A stretch of DNA of 64,000 nucleotides from Octopus sinensis (taxonomy: Eukaryota). Positions 52,440 to 64,000 of this stretch are shown here, one piece after another. The stretch is taken from assembly GCF_006345805.1 (NCBI RefSeq), contig NC_043004.1, forward strand, positions 70,432,001 through 70,496,000, read 5' to 3'. Position 1 is the first letter of the stretch, and each line of letters begins with the position of its first letter. Position numbers and translations under genes: made by a program. The notes under the pieces are model-generated. The model saw only the letters and a list, made by a program, of their open reading frames with translations. It searched no databases and was not told the origin of the DNA.

Positions 52440-53200
52440 TCTGCACTGCCACTGTTTCATGCAATCATACAAGCACACACATGCACGCATGCACACACAC
52501 ACACATATATATATCCATGTATACATGTATACACACACACATATATATACACTCAGTTTGTCTACCCCATCACTGTTTCATGCACTCATACACACACATA
52601 CACTCATACATACACATACGCACATGCGCACACACACACATACACACATAGATACACATACACACACACCACACACACATACACACATACATACACATAT
52701 GCACACGTACACACACACACACACACACATATATATCCATGTATACATGTATACACACACACACACACACATATATATACACTCAGTTTGTCTACCCCAT
52801 CACTGTTTCATGCACTCATACACACACACACACACACACATATATATCCATGTATACATGTATACACACACACACATATATATATATATACCCTCAGTTT
52901 GTTTACCCCATCACTGTTTATGCACTCATACACACACATACACTCATACATACACATACGCACATGCGCACACACATACACACATAGATACACATACGCA
53001 CACACACACACACATACACACATACATACACATATGCACACGTACACACACACACACACACACATATATATCCATGTATATATGTCTACACGCACACACA
53101 TATATATACACTCAGTTTGTCTACCCCATCACTGTTTCATGCACTCATACACACACACACACACACACACACATACACACACACACATGCGCACAACCTT
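52440..53200 (+). repeat. Higher-order (CA)-rich satellite with 4 copies of CTCAGTTTGTCTACCCCATCACTGTTTCATGCACTC
   Basis: Anchor motif at about 52552, 52782, 52893 and 53111. Confidence 0.85.
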
Positions 53201-54022
53201 TGTACCCCTTGGCTCTTTGTATCCCAACACACTCATATGCATACAGTTTTTCTACCTTCCATTAATTTCACACCAATAAACACACACATGCACTCACCTC
53301 CACCACACACACACACACACACGCAGACATTCTGTCCCTTTCATTCTTTCACTCCAACACACAAACATAATAACATATTATCCACATCCTCCTCATCATC
53401 ATCATCTTTGTCATCACTTAATGCCTATGTTCAATGCTGGCATGGGTTGGACAGTTTGACAAGATCTGATGCAGTCCTTGAACTGCATCAAGCTCCAATA
53501 TCTGCTTTGGTAACGCCAAACACTTTACAGCATGTACTGATTGCTATTTTCGTGCCAACTGCACTATCAAGGTCACCATGTTGCTCACAGGACTATGAGC
53601 CCTGGGGGAGCTTCAAGTCGATGGAGTGGGAGGGACGAAGGAAACTATTATGAGGGAGTGAGTGGGGGTAAGGACAGAACCACCATTCATAAATACATAT
53701 ACGTACAAGAGTTAACAATAGAGACTTTACGTAGTTGTTAAGACTGCTAGAAACAGCAGGGAAATCTCAAACATCACACTCCATTTTCTTTTCCTTGACA
53801 AAAACAAGAAAAATTACTGAATAATATAGAAGGAAATGAATTTCGTGTGGAAAGGAAAGGATTATAAGTCTACTTAGTCATGGTTGACCTGGAGCTAAAT
53901 AAAAGTAAGAATATGTAGCCAAAAGCTGGTGAGTGAGCATCTGTGTGGTTACTCAACTTGCAAGAAATAGCAGCCAAATTTCTTTCAAAATTACATTCCA
54001 GCAACTCAAAAAATGCAAAGTT

Positions 54023-54209
54023 TCTGCCAACTGCCATTGAGACGTCAGATGTTCTAGGACCCTATACTACCAGTTTCCTCCACAAAATAGGGATAATGGT
54101 GACCCTTCAGAGAAACGAAACCTGTGAGATGGAGTGGCTGCTGCACCAAATGTCACTAGCTACTCACTGCGGTAATGCCATTGCAGTCATTACCGCAAGG
54201 TACAGCTAA
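54023..54209 (+). mobile_element. C-terminal RLE fragment of a CRE-like non-LTR retrotransposon
   Basis: KFLPTAIETSDVLGP...EMEWLLHQMSLATHCGNAIAV resembles the F-P-A-ET-G...WL-QR-S-A-QRGNA end of RLE ORFs. Confidence 0.6.
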
Positions 54210-54486
54210 GCACAGCATTCGTTCTGGGGTATGTGGCCCACTGCCCCCTCCCCCTCCATCTTCTGATGCTTTACCCTCCACCCTTTTCTTTTCCTTTCTT
54301 TTCTTATCCCTTTTTCCTTCCCCATCTCTTTATATTTAAATGTTAAAAATAAATAAACTTGTTGGATTATGTAATCAGCCAAACACAGAGCCTAAAGAAA
54401 AAAATCTCCTTCGTTTCGATGTCAGCCTCTTCAGTATTAACTGTGGTATAAATAACCTAATTAACAACATCAACATATGTGGGTAT

Positions 54487-55529
54487 CAGTGGTGGCTCGT
54501 GTATAGGCACTGCGGAACTGCAGCACCCCCGATTTCCATCAGATATTGATAACATTCAATAAGTCCTTTTTTCTTTAATTCTTTCTTTATACTTGTACAT
54601 TACATAATTCTTAAGTTCAATGCCATCCCCCAGTTAACAAAAAAATTGCAAAAATTCTTGTATAGAACTGTGCACTTCACAGTTCCAGTGTTTGGCTGTT
54701 GTGCGCATGCTCACATGTCCAAGGCAGGAAGCCTTATGCCAGGGAGAGAGAACACTGTCGTTCACACTATGCTGGTGCTGCTTCTTTTTGATTCCGCATG
54801 TGTTGTGCTTAAAAATATGCTTATATTCTTGAATTTGATAAAATGTAGAATTAGATTATTATCCTGCTTCCAGCTTCAGTGTTGCTGCCAGGATTTGCAA
54901 AATAGGGCAGATTTTTCCCCCTTATTTTGTGATTTAGTGGGGATTTTTGAAAAACAAGGGGAAATTCACAGTGGCGTTAGGTGAACAAATTAAACACACT
55001 ACCTGGCAGTGGCTAAAACATGAACCAATCAAGTTTATGTATAAATATTCTTTTTACATGTTTATTTCCTTTTACAACGATAATAAAACAATGGCTCTTT
55101 TACTCTTTTCAGTCATTTGACCGTGGCCATGCTGGAGCACCACCTTTAGTTGAGCAAATCGACTCCAGGACTTATTCTTTGTAAGCTTAGTACTTATTCT
55201 ATCATCCTCTTTTGCTGAACTGCTAAGTTATGGTGACGTAAACACACCAGCATCAGTTGTCAAGCGATGTTGGTGGACAAACACAGACACACAAACATAT
55301 ATATACATATATACGACGGGCTTCTTTCAGTTTCTGTCTACCAAATCCACTCACAAGGCTTTGGTCAACCCGAGGTTATAGTAGAAGACACTTGCCCAAG
55401 GTGCCACCCAGTGGGATTGAACACGGAACCATGTGGTTGGTAAACAAGCTACTTACCACACAGCCACTCCTATACCTAAAAATTTTCTGAAGCAGCACCC
55501 CTACTAATTTTATCTATGAGCCACTACTG
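54487..55529. mobile_element. hAT-type non-autonomous element with a nested SINE A
   Basis: TIRs CAGTGGTGGCTC / GAGCCACTACTG; 8-bp TSD GTGGGTAT (54479-54486) vs ATGGGTAT (55530-55537). Confidence 0.75.
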
Positions 55530-55892
55530 ATGGGTATACATGAAAATTGTGGCAAAAACCTCTAAAATCTATAACTATGCATTGATACAGCTCTCATTAC
55601 ATATAAAACCAATTGCAATCTTTGAGAAGATAGTCTCAACACAAACATACATATATGAAAATATCCATTTAGGTACCATGCTTAAATCTATAGATACCAC
55701 TGTCAAGTAAAATACTATAGTTTTCCAACAGGGTATATATGTTAATTATAATGATACATAGATAGCTATTTTGATTGGATGCTACTTCAAAGTATTTTGT
55801 TCAATACTTGGATGACTCTGCTGTGATCTATGCTTCAACTAAATGTAAATGTTGTGCACTCTGGTGGAGCTTTAAAAAAAAAAAATAAAGTA

Positions 55893-55978
<86 letters not shown>

Positions 55979-55979
55979 A

Positions 55980-58056
55980 TCATCATCATCATCATCATCG
56001 TTTAGCGTCCGTTTTCCATGCTAGCATGGGTTGGACGGTTCTACTGGGGTCTGTGAAGCCAGAAGGCTTCATCAGGCCCAGTCAAATCTGGCAGTGTTTC
56101 TACGGCTGGATGCCCTTCCTAACGCCAACCACTCCGTGAGTGTAGTGGGTGCTTTTTACGTGCCACCCGCACTGGTGCCAGACAGAGCTGGCAAACGGCC
56201 ACGAATGGATGCTGCTTTTTATGTGCCACCGGCACGAGGGCCAGGCGAGGCTGGCAACGGACACGAAACGGGGCGGTGCTGGCAACGGTCGCGAAACGGA
56301 AAGTTCTCTTACATGCCACCGGCACTGGTAACACATCTGCAATTTCCATTGATCGATTTCCATTGATCGATTTCCATTGATCGATTTCGATTCTGATCGT
56401 CACTTGCCTCAACGGGTCTTCACAAGCAGAGTTTTGACATGCCACCGGCACTGGTAGCACATCCGCAATTTCCATTGATCGATTTCGATTCTGATCCTCA
56501 CTTGCCTCATCACGTCTTCACAAGTAGAGTTTTGTGTCCCAAGAAGGGAAGGTTATGCATACGTAGGCTGACTCCATCCCATGTAGAAGGCCACGGGTTA
56601 TGGACTCACTTGTCCTGCCGGGTCTTCTCGCGCACAGCACACTTCCAGAGGTCCCGGTCTCTAGTCATTTCCTCAGTGAGACCTAAAGTTCGAAGGTCGT
56701 GCTTCACCACCTCGTCCCAGGTTTTCCTGGGTCTGCCTCTTCCACAGGTTCCCTCAACCGCTAGGGTGTGGCACTTTTTCACACAACTATCTTCATCCAT
56801 TCTCGCCACATGACCATACCAGCGCAAACGTCTCTCTTGCACACCACAACTGATGCTTCTTAGGTCCAGCTTTTCTCTCAAGGTACTTACACTCTGCCGA
56901 GTGTGAGTACCGGCATTACACATCCGGGAGCATACTGGCTTCATTTCTTGCGAGCTTACGCATATCCTCAGCAGTCACGGCCCATGTTTCACTGCCATGT
57001 AGCATGGCTGTTCGTACACACGCATCATACAGTCTGCCTTTCACTCTGTGCGAGAGGCCTTTTGTCACCAGTAGAGGTAAGAGCTCTCTGAACTTTGCCC
57101 AAGCTATTCTTACTCTAGCAGTTACACTTTCAGCACACCCGCCCCCGCTGCTGACTTGGTCACCTAGGTAACGGAAACTATCAACTATTTCTAGTTTTTC
57201 TCCCTGGAAAGTGACGGAAGTTGGTCTCAGAGCATTTTCAGTGTTTATTGTTCCTGAGCATCTGCCACATACAAAAACCATCTTCCTAGTTAGCCTTCCT
57301 TTGACATTGCTGCATCTCTTATGTGTCCATAGCTTACACTTGGTGCATCTTATAGAGTTTCTACCACACCTTTTCTACAGATCGAGCAGGGCCATCTACC
57401 TGAAGGTGTTTGTGATTTGTCTACCTTCCTACTGATTACGACTTTGGTTTTAGCTAGATTGACTCTGAGGCCCTTCGATTCTAATCCTTGTTTCCACACC
57501 TGAAACTTCTCCTCCAGTTCTGATAGCGACTCAGCAATTAGAGCAAGGTCATCAGCATAGAGGAGCTCCCAAGGGCATCCTGTCTTGAATTCCTCCGTTA
57601 TTGCCTGGAGGACTATGATAAATAGGAGGGGGCTGAGTACTGAGCCTTGGTGGACTCCTACCTCTACCCGGAATTCTTCACTGTACACATTTCCAACCCT
57701 CACCCTACTAGCGGCGTCCCTGTACATGGCCCGCACAGCTCTCACTAACCATTCATCTCCCTAGTTTCCTCATTGCCCACCAGATAAGGGATCGGGGGAC
57801 CCTGTCGAAGGCTTTCTCCATGTCAACAAAGCCAGGTACAGGGGCTTATCTTTGGCTAGGTATTTCTCCTGCAGCTGCCTTACCAGGAAATAGCATCAGT
57901 AGTACTTTCCCTGGCACAAACCCAAACTGCATCTCATCTAAAAACTAACTCTCTCTCTAATTAGTTGGGCTATGACCCTCTCCGTAACCTTCATCACCTG
58001 GTCCAACAGCTTGATACCTCTGTAGTTATTTGTATCTAGGGCATCACCTTTACCTT
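55980..58056 (-). mobile_element. 5'-truncated RTE-clade LINE: ORF2 RT to C-terminus (56606-58056, frameshifted), 3'UTR and (ATG)n tail
   Basis: Translation gives KGDALDTNNYRGIKLLDQVMKV, QFGFVPGKSTTDA, DMEKAFDR, GVHQGSVLSPLLF, YADD (57548-57559), FRYLG, RRLRWYGHV and GRGRPRKTW. (CAT)n at 55980 on plus; several 1-2 nt frameshifts. Confidence 0.95.
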
Positions 58057-58063
58057 ATATATA

Positions 58064-58111
<48 letters not shown>

Positions 58112-58203
58112 GTGGCGGTTTATTTAATTTATATTAAAATTTTATGTATGATTAAGTCTTTCCTTGTTTGGTTTTAAAATAGTGGTTTTGTCTCGAATTA
58201 TAT

Positions 58204-58235
<32 letters not shown>

Positions 58236-58307
58236 ATTAGGGAGTAAATCCAAACTTACAGGGAAAAATTAGAATTAGGATTAAATCAAATTTCACAATA
58301 TAAATAT

Positions 58308-59392
58308 AAATTAAATTAGAGATAAAACCACTATTAAACAAAGAATTATTTTGTTTGTTAATTGTTTAAATTATTTTCCATTGCTTTCGTTTTAGCCTTT
58401 CATTTTTTTTACACGCGTAACAATTAAATTAATTTAACAATTAAGAAAAAAAAAATTTAGAGTTAGGGTTAGGGTGAGGTTGAGGGTGAGGGTTAGGGTT
58501 AGTGACAGGATGTTGTCTCAGTTTTTGATGCCACAAATGATTTTAGCTCACTAGAGGCGATTCATTGGTTAAAATTCGAAAAATTAAACTACGTTAAACA
58601 AACAAATTACAATTTTCTCAAGAAAGCCAAGAGAAAAAAACTGCTTTATTTTGACACATTCTACCAGTATACGAAGTTTTAAAGTGTTTAGTTAACTAGA
58701 AATTGTGTTGACATGTGCCGTTCAAAAGGAAAAGATCCAAGATCCCACATCTGTAGATATGACAAGCATTCTACCATGGTAGGCGCTTTTTTTTCCAAAC
58801 CAATAATTACAAGTTATTATTAGGTTACCGAAATGGCGAGCGTCAGGCCGATAGTGATTATGTCCCTTTGTGTTCTAAATACGACCCAGCAATCGTGCTT
58901 AAAAGCAGTTGTGATCGTTCAGTATATATATATTTCTTTACAACCCACAAAGGGCTAAACACAGAGAGGACAAACAAGAACAGACAAACGGATTAAGTCG
59001 ATTACATCGACCCCAGTGCATAACTGGTACTTAATTTATCGACCCCAAAAGGATGAATGGCAAAGTCGACCACGGCGGAATTTGAACCCAGAACGTAACG
59101 GCAAACGAAATACGGCTACGCATTTTGCCCGGCGTGCTAACGATTCTCAGTATATATAAAAGAACTGAATACTTTAAGAGTTCTTGTGAAGAGTTTTGGG
59201 GTAGGAAACAACCTATGGGGAAAATAACACTAAAATATTACCGGCGCGAGTTAGTATGTGGTCACTCGACCTCCCGCTACACATACAGATGCAAGCATGC
59301 ATGCGCGCTTACGAGCGCGTGTAGGTATGCATGTACGAACATATTTTAACAGTTTGATTTGCCTAATAGTGGTTTTATCTCTAATTTAATTT
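58308..59392. mobile_element. TIR element (29-bp perfect inverted repeats) carrying a telomere-like tract and a nested SINE C
   Basis: AAATTAAATTAGAGATAAAACCACTATTA (58308-58336) is the reverse complement of 59364-59392. Confidence 0.6.
58463..58502 (+). repeat. Degenerate interstitial TTAGGG tract (G-quadruplex-compatible)
   Basis: TTAGGGTTAGGGTGAGGTTGAGGGTGAGGGTTAGGGTTAG. Confidence 0.7.
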
Positions 59393-59821
59393 AATATATA
59401 TATATATGTATAGGCGCAGGAGTGGCTGTGTGGTAAGTAGCTTGCTTACCAACCACATGGTTCCGGGTTCAGTCCCACTGCATGGCATCTTGGGCAAGTG
59501 TCTTCTGCTATAGCCCCGGGCCGACCAATGCCTTGTGAGTGGATTTGGTAGACGGAAACTGAAAGAAGCCTGTCGTATATATGTATATATATATATACGT
59601 ATGTGTGTATATGTTTGTGTGTCTGTGTTTGTCCCCTAGCATTGCTTGACAACCGATGCTGGTGTGTTTATGTCCCTGTCACTTAGCGGTTCGGCAAAAA
59701 AGACCGATAGAATAAGTACTGGGCTTACAAAGAATAAGTCCCAGGGTCGATCTGCTCGACTAATAGGCGGTGCTCCAGCATGGCCGCAGTCAAATGACTG
59801 AAACAAGTAAAAGAGTAAAGA

Positions 59822-59856
<35 letters not shown>

Positions 59857-62800
59857 TGTATATGTATACACATGCGCACACGTACACACACACATCGAGG
59901 TTTTTGGCATTATACTGTGATTGAGAAGACCTGTCAAGCCAAGTAAGGTTGTAGTTATGGCCAATACCGGAGCTACGTAACTGGCACATAAAAAGCTCCT
60001 ATAATACTCATGGAGTGGTTGGCATTAGGAAGGGCATCCAGTCGTAGAAACCACAGTCAAACCTTCCAACCCATGCCAGCATGGAAAATGGACGCTAAAT
60101 GATGATGATGATGATGGTGTGTGTGTGCACACAGGCATGCGTATACATATATATATATGCACATATATACATGTATAATATATATTCATACAGAGTCAGA
60201 CAGCTAAACTGGGACTATTTTTTAAAATGTTATGTTTATAAGTATTATGAATTAAGAAAAATTATTTTTTTGGCATGTATTAAGGCTAAGATATTAAATT
60301 TATGTTGCTTTCTATTTTTTTGGCATATTTTTGCTAAAGTTTATGACAGATTGTACTAAATTTTTGGAATCACAGTGAGGAAATTTTATTACTGAAATAA
60401 GCCATACTGGTTATTGTCCTCATTATGTCATTACTGACACAGGATATGGAATGCAACAGTTTACCATATTCTGGTTAAGCTTAAAGCTATAGTTTTTCTT
60501 TCGTTTGTCTCAGGCTGCTCACGGCAATCACAAGTATACTTGTACCTTTCTGGCTGGATTGAAATGATCTATCACAGCACATTCATCAATCTGCATGGCC
60601 AAAGTTGTGAAAAAATAAATGACCATGATGTCAGTAGCAGGACAATAGCAGGGGCTGTTAAAAATAACTTAATCTTTTAGCATTTAAACCAGGCATATCC
60701 AGCCCAAACATTCTGTTTTATGTTCAAACTGATCAGATCCAGGCTCTCACACTAACCCTACAATATTATTCAACGTTAAATAATCACTGGCATCCGTGTT
60801 AGTGGGGCACTAAGAGCACCACCCGAGCGCGATTGTTGGCAGAGCGGCTAACTGGCTCCCATGCCGGTGGCACGTAAAAGGCACCATTCGAGCGTGATTG
60901 TTGCCAGTGTTGCCTTACTGGTATTTGTGCCCCGTGCTAGTGGGGCACTAAGAGCACCATACGAGCATGACCATTGCCAGAGCAGATAGCTGGCTTCTGT
61001 GCCGGTGGCACGTAAAAGGCACCATTCAAGCGTGATTGTTACCAGCATCGCTTTACTGGCACTTGTGCCGGTAGCACGTGAAAAAACATTTGAGCGGGGT
61101 TGTTACCAGTACCGCCTGAATGGCCCTCGTACTGGTGGCATGTAAAAGCACCCACTACACTCTCAGAGTGGTTGGCATTAGGAAGGGCATCCAGCTGTAG
61201 AAACTCTGCCAGATCAAGATTGGAGCCTAGTGCAGCCATCTGGTTCGCCAGTCCTCAGTCAAATTGCCCAACCCATGCTAGCATGGAAAGCGAATGTTAA
61301 ATGATAATAATGATGATGATGATGATGAGATAGTGCATGATTAATTCAAGACAATGTGAACCAATAAGCATTACATTTGACAGAGTAAGGGGTTAAGCAC
61401 TGAAGTATTCTCACAATCTATTCTAAAGATATCAGAGCTGAGAGAGTTCCAAAGATCTCATCTGCCTAAAGCACATAGGATAGAAAATAAGAAACTTTGT
61501 TGACAAAAAGAAATTTGTAGCCAACGAAAATCATCAATCACTGCAATTTCAGGATTATTGGTATGGAGCCTTCCAAAGTTCCTGCTGTCATATAAAGCAA
61601 GAATCCGACGTTGGTTATGATGTTTGGAGTCATTGCAAGTAACAGACCCACACTGCTACCTCAAAGAGCATGTTTCATCTTCTGCTTCTGTCCAATTGAT
61701 TACACAGTTGATGGAACATTTACCAATATCTTTCATTAAGTTATTACAAAGCAAGTGGTAACCCTAGCAGAACCATTAGCATGTCAAAAAAATGCTACAC
61801 AGTATTTCTTCCAACTTTTTACATTCTGAGTTCTTGCCAAGGTCAATTCTGTCTTTCATTCCCCTGGGATCAATGAAATAAAGAATCAGTCAAGTGCTGT
61901 GTGTCAATAGTAATGATCAATCTCTCCCAAAATTTCAGGCCTTGTGCCTTTATTAGAAACGATTATGGTATTACAAATAAAATTATAAAAAAAGGAAAAT
62001 AAGTTCCATGCTTCTATCTTTCATTTGCCTTATTTACAGGCTTTGAAATATCTCTACACAAACAGTCTCAATTAGTCTGCTTGACTTTATATGTGGGTAT
62101 ATATGCGCACAAGTCATCGTCCTCATTTTAACGTCCATTTTGCCAGACTCTTGTGGGAGAGATACAATTTCTCAAGGTGGATTTTCTATGGGTGGATATC
62201 TCCTTCTTGTCTTCAGTCCTCATGTTTCCAGGTAAGGTAATTGTTACCCAATGATAAGACATGCTTTCATGGAAGATTGGAGACAAAAGCGGGAGGAAGA
62301 GAAAGGAGGGGGCGAAGGAGAGAGGAAGGAGGGGAAGAGAAGGAGGGGAGGAGGAGTAGAAGGAGGGGAGGATGAGGAGTAGGAGAGAAGGAGGGGGAGT
62401 AGGGGAGAAAGAGAAGGAGGGGAGAGGAAGGAAGAGGAGGAGAAGAAAGAGGAGGAGGAGGAGGAGGAGAAGAAGAAGAAGAAGAATAGTAGCAGCAGAG
62501 GGAGAAAACTGATACATCATTTCAGCATCAATGTTTTTACATTTAATCCCCAACAAATACCATATCAATATCGCAAGTACTCCTGTGCACTCGTCTCGCT
62601 ACTCTTCAGGACTACACTCATTTGGGAGGAAGTGCACATTAGAGGCAGGCGTATCACTCATGGTTCGCAAACAAATATACTGCAAGTGTGTATATTTGGA
62701 TAGCTAAATAAATACATATATCAGTTTCTGAGATAAAGTAGTGTGTATAATGAGTGCTCTTTGGCTCTATCTCCTTCTCTCTCTCTCTCTCTCCTTCTCT

Positions 62801-62935
62801 CTCTCTCTCTCCCTCTTTATCTATCTCTTCTTCTCTCTATCTCTCTCTGTATGTGTGTATGCATATGCATGCGTTTGTGTTTGTGTGTGTGTGTGCATGT
62901 GTGTGTATGTTCATATGTGTGTACCTGTGCATATA

Positions 62936-62969
<34 letters not shown>

Positions 62970-63166
62970 CACATAGACACACCCACACACAGATATATAT
63001 CTATATGTATATATATATATATATATAGGTAAACAGTAAAATTAAATACAGACATGGACAAGAACATGAAACACCACAGAGACGACACAAGAACCACAGG
63101 ACGGGACATTCGAAGCCCTCAGTCATCAGTCAAGAACCAGATCATCTTAGCAATTTCGGCTGATTA

Positions 63167-63204
<38 letters not shown>

Positions 63205-63618
63205 TGTCGGTGCAAATGGCTTTTTACATGGCACCGTATTTTACAATCCTGTAAATAATAATAACGGTATTTTTATATAAGCTTAAAGCTTGTGCCAATC
63301 ACCGTGCAATGACTAAGGAAAGTGGTCTAATAAAGGGGCATATAAGCCCTCAATATATGTATATGTGTGTACGTGTGTGTGTATGTGTGTGTGTGGGTGG
63401 GTGTGTATGTAAGGAGACGATATATATATATGTGTGTGTGTGTGTGAATGTGTGTATGAACAGGGTATTGCTTCCATTTTTATATTGCAACCAAGTTTAA
63501 TGATATACTGTATCAGATGTTATATTTTATCAGTTTCATTAATTATGTAAGTATGCATATGTATATGTAAATGTATATATGTATGTATATGTGTATGTGT
63601 GTGTGTGTGTATAGCGTA

Positions 63619-63674
<56 letters not shown>

Positions 63675-64000
63675 ACACATACATACACACACACATATAC
63701 ACAACACATACATATACATACACTCACACACATACAAAGTAGGGTGTGGTTTGAAGAAGGATTACCTACTATTTGTATCATGTCTAGCTACCATGTAGTC
63801 ACTGCTTTGTGGGTTAACTCATTCCATATATATAGCAACAGTGGCTAAACTGTGGCTCAGAAACCACATGTGGCTCTTGAAACACCATAAGCAACTCACA
63901 AGACAATATTGGGCGTCAGTACCATTTTTATCAAGACAGAATTAGCTGAAGGCACATGGCTCAGTGGTTAGAGCATTGAGCTTACAATTGTGAGATTGTG

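Noticed and set aside
52290-53279. Longest ORFs in the track (329 and 292 aa)
   Set aside because: They are translations of (CA)n/(TA)n repeats, which lack stop codons in most frames.
54646-54984. 112-aa ORF inside the hAT-like element
   Set aside because: No transposase motifs; consistent with a chance ORF.
63095-63170. Possible third hammerhead (minus CAGCCGAAA and CTGATGA); similar partial signal at 36895-36920
   Set aside because: The core elements are in the wrong order or truncated, so no complete fold can be drawn.

Overview
Eukaryotic, AT-rich, microsatellite-saturated genomic DNA. The repeat content (several tRNA-headed SINE families, an RTE LINE and its 3'UTR derivatives, mariner/maT/pogo/hAT/piggyBac-like MITEs, Helitrons) strongly suggests an octopus (coleoid cephalopod) genome; this is recognition from memory, not a database search. 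There is no complete gene. Most of the window looks like intron sequence of one minus-strand gene: 4-5 short exons (52280-52335?, 45714-45807, 30756-30787, 9316-9399, 6499-6603) have canonical GT-AG ends and join in frame into a peptide I cannot name. Nearly all ORFs in the supplied track are microsatellite or SINE artefacts. The best lead is a multi-copy short element joining a Pol III tRNA-like head to a Penelope-type minimal hammerhead-ribozyme motif, twice found as inverted pairs; it could be a ribozyme-bearing SINE mobilised by Penelope-like elements. Other highlights: a second hammerhead-like family, an RTE ORF2 with an internal C4HC3 PHD finger, an exon starting with AG|GTAAGT (recursive-splice architecture), a TACGTG-multimer minisatellite, several long palindromes, a CpG-decayed tRNA-Asp pseudogene and a 1.09-kb near-identical tandem duplication. 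No prokaryotic features or CRISPR arrays were found.
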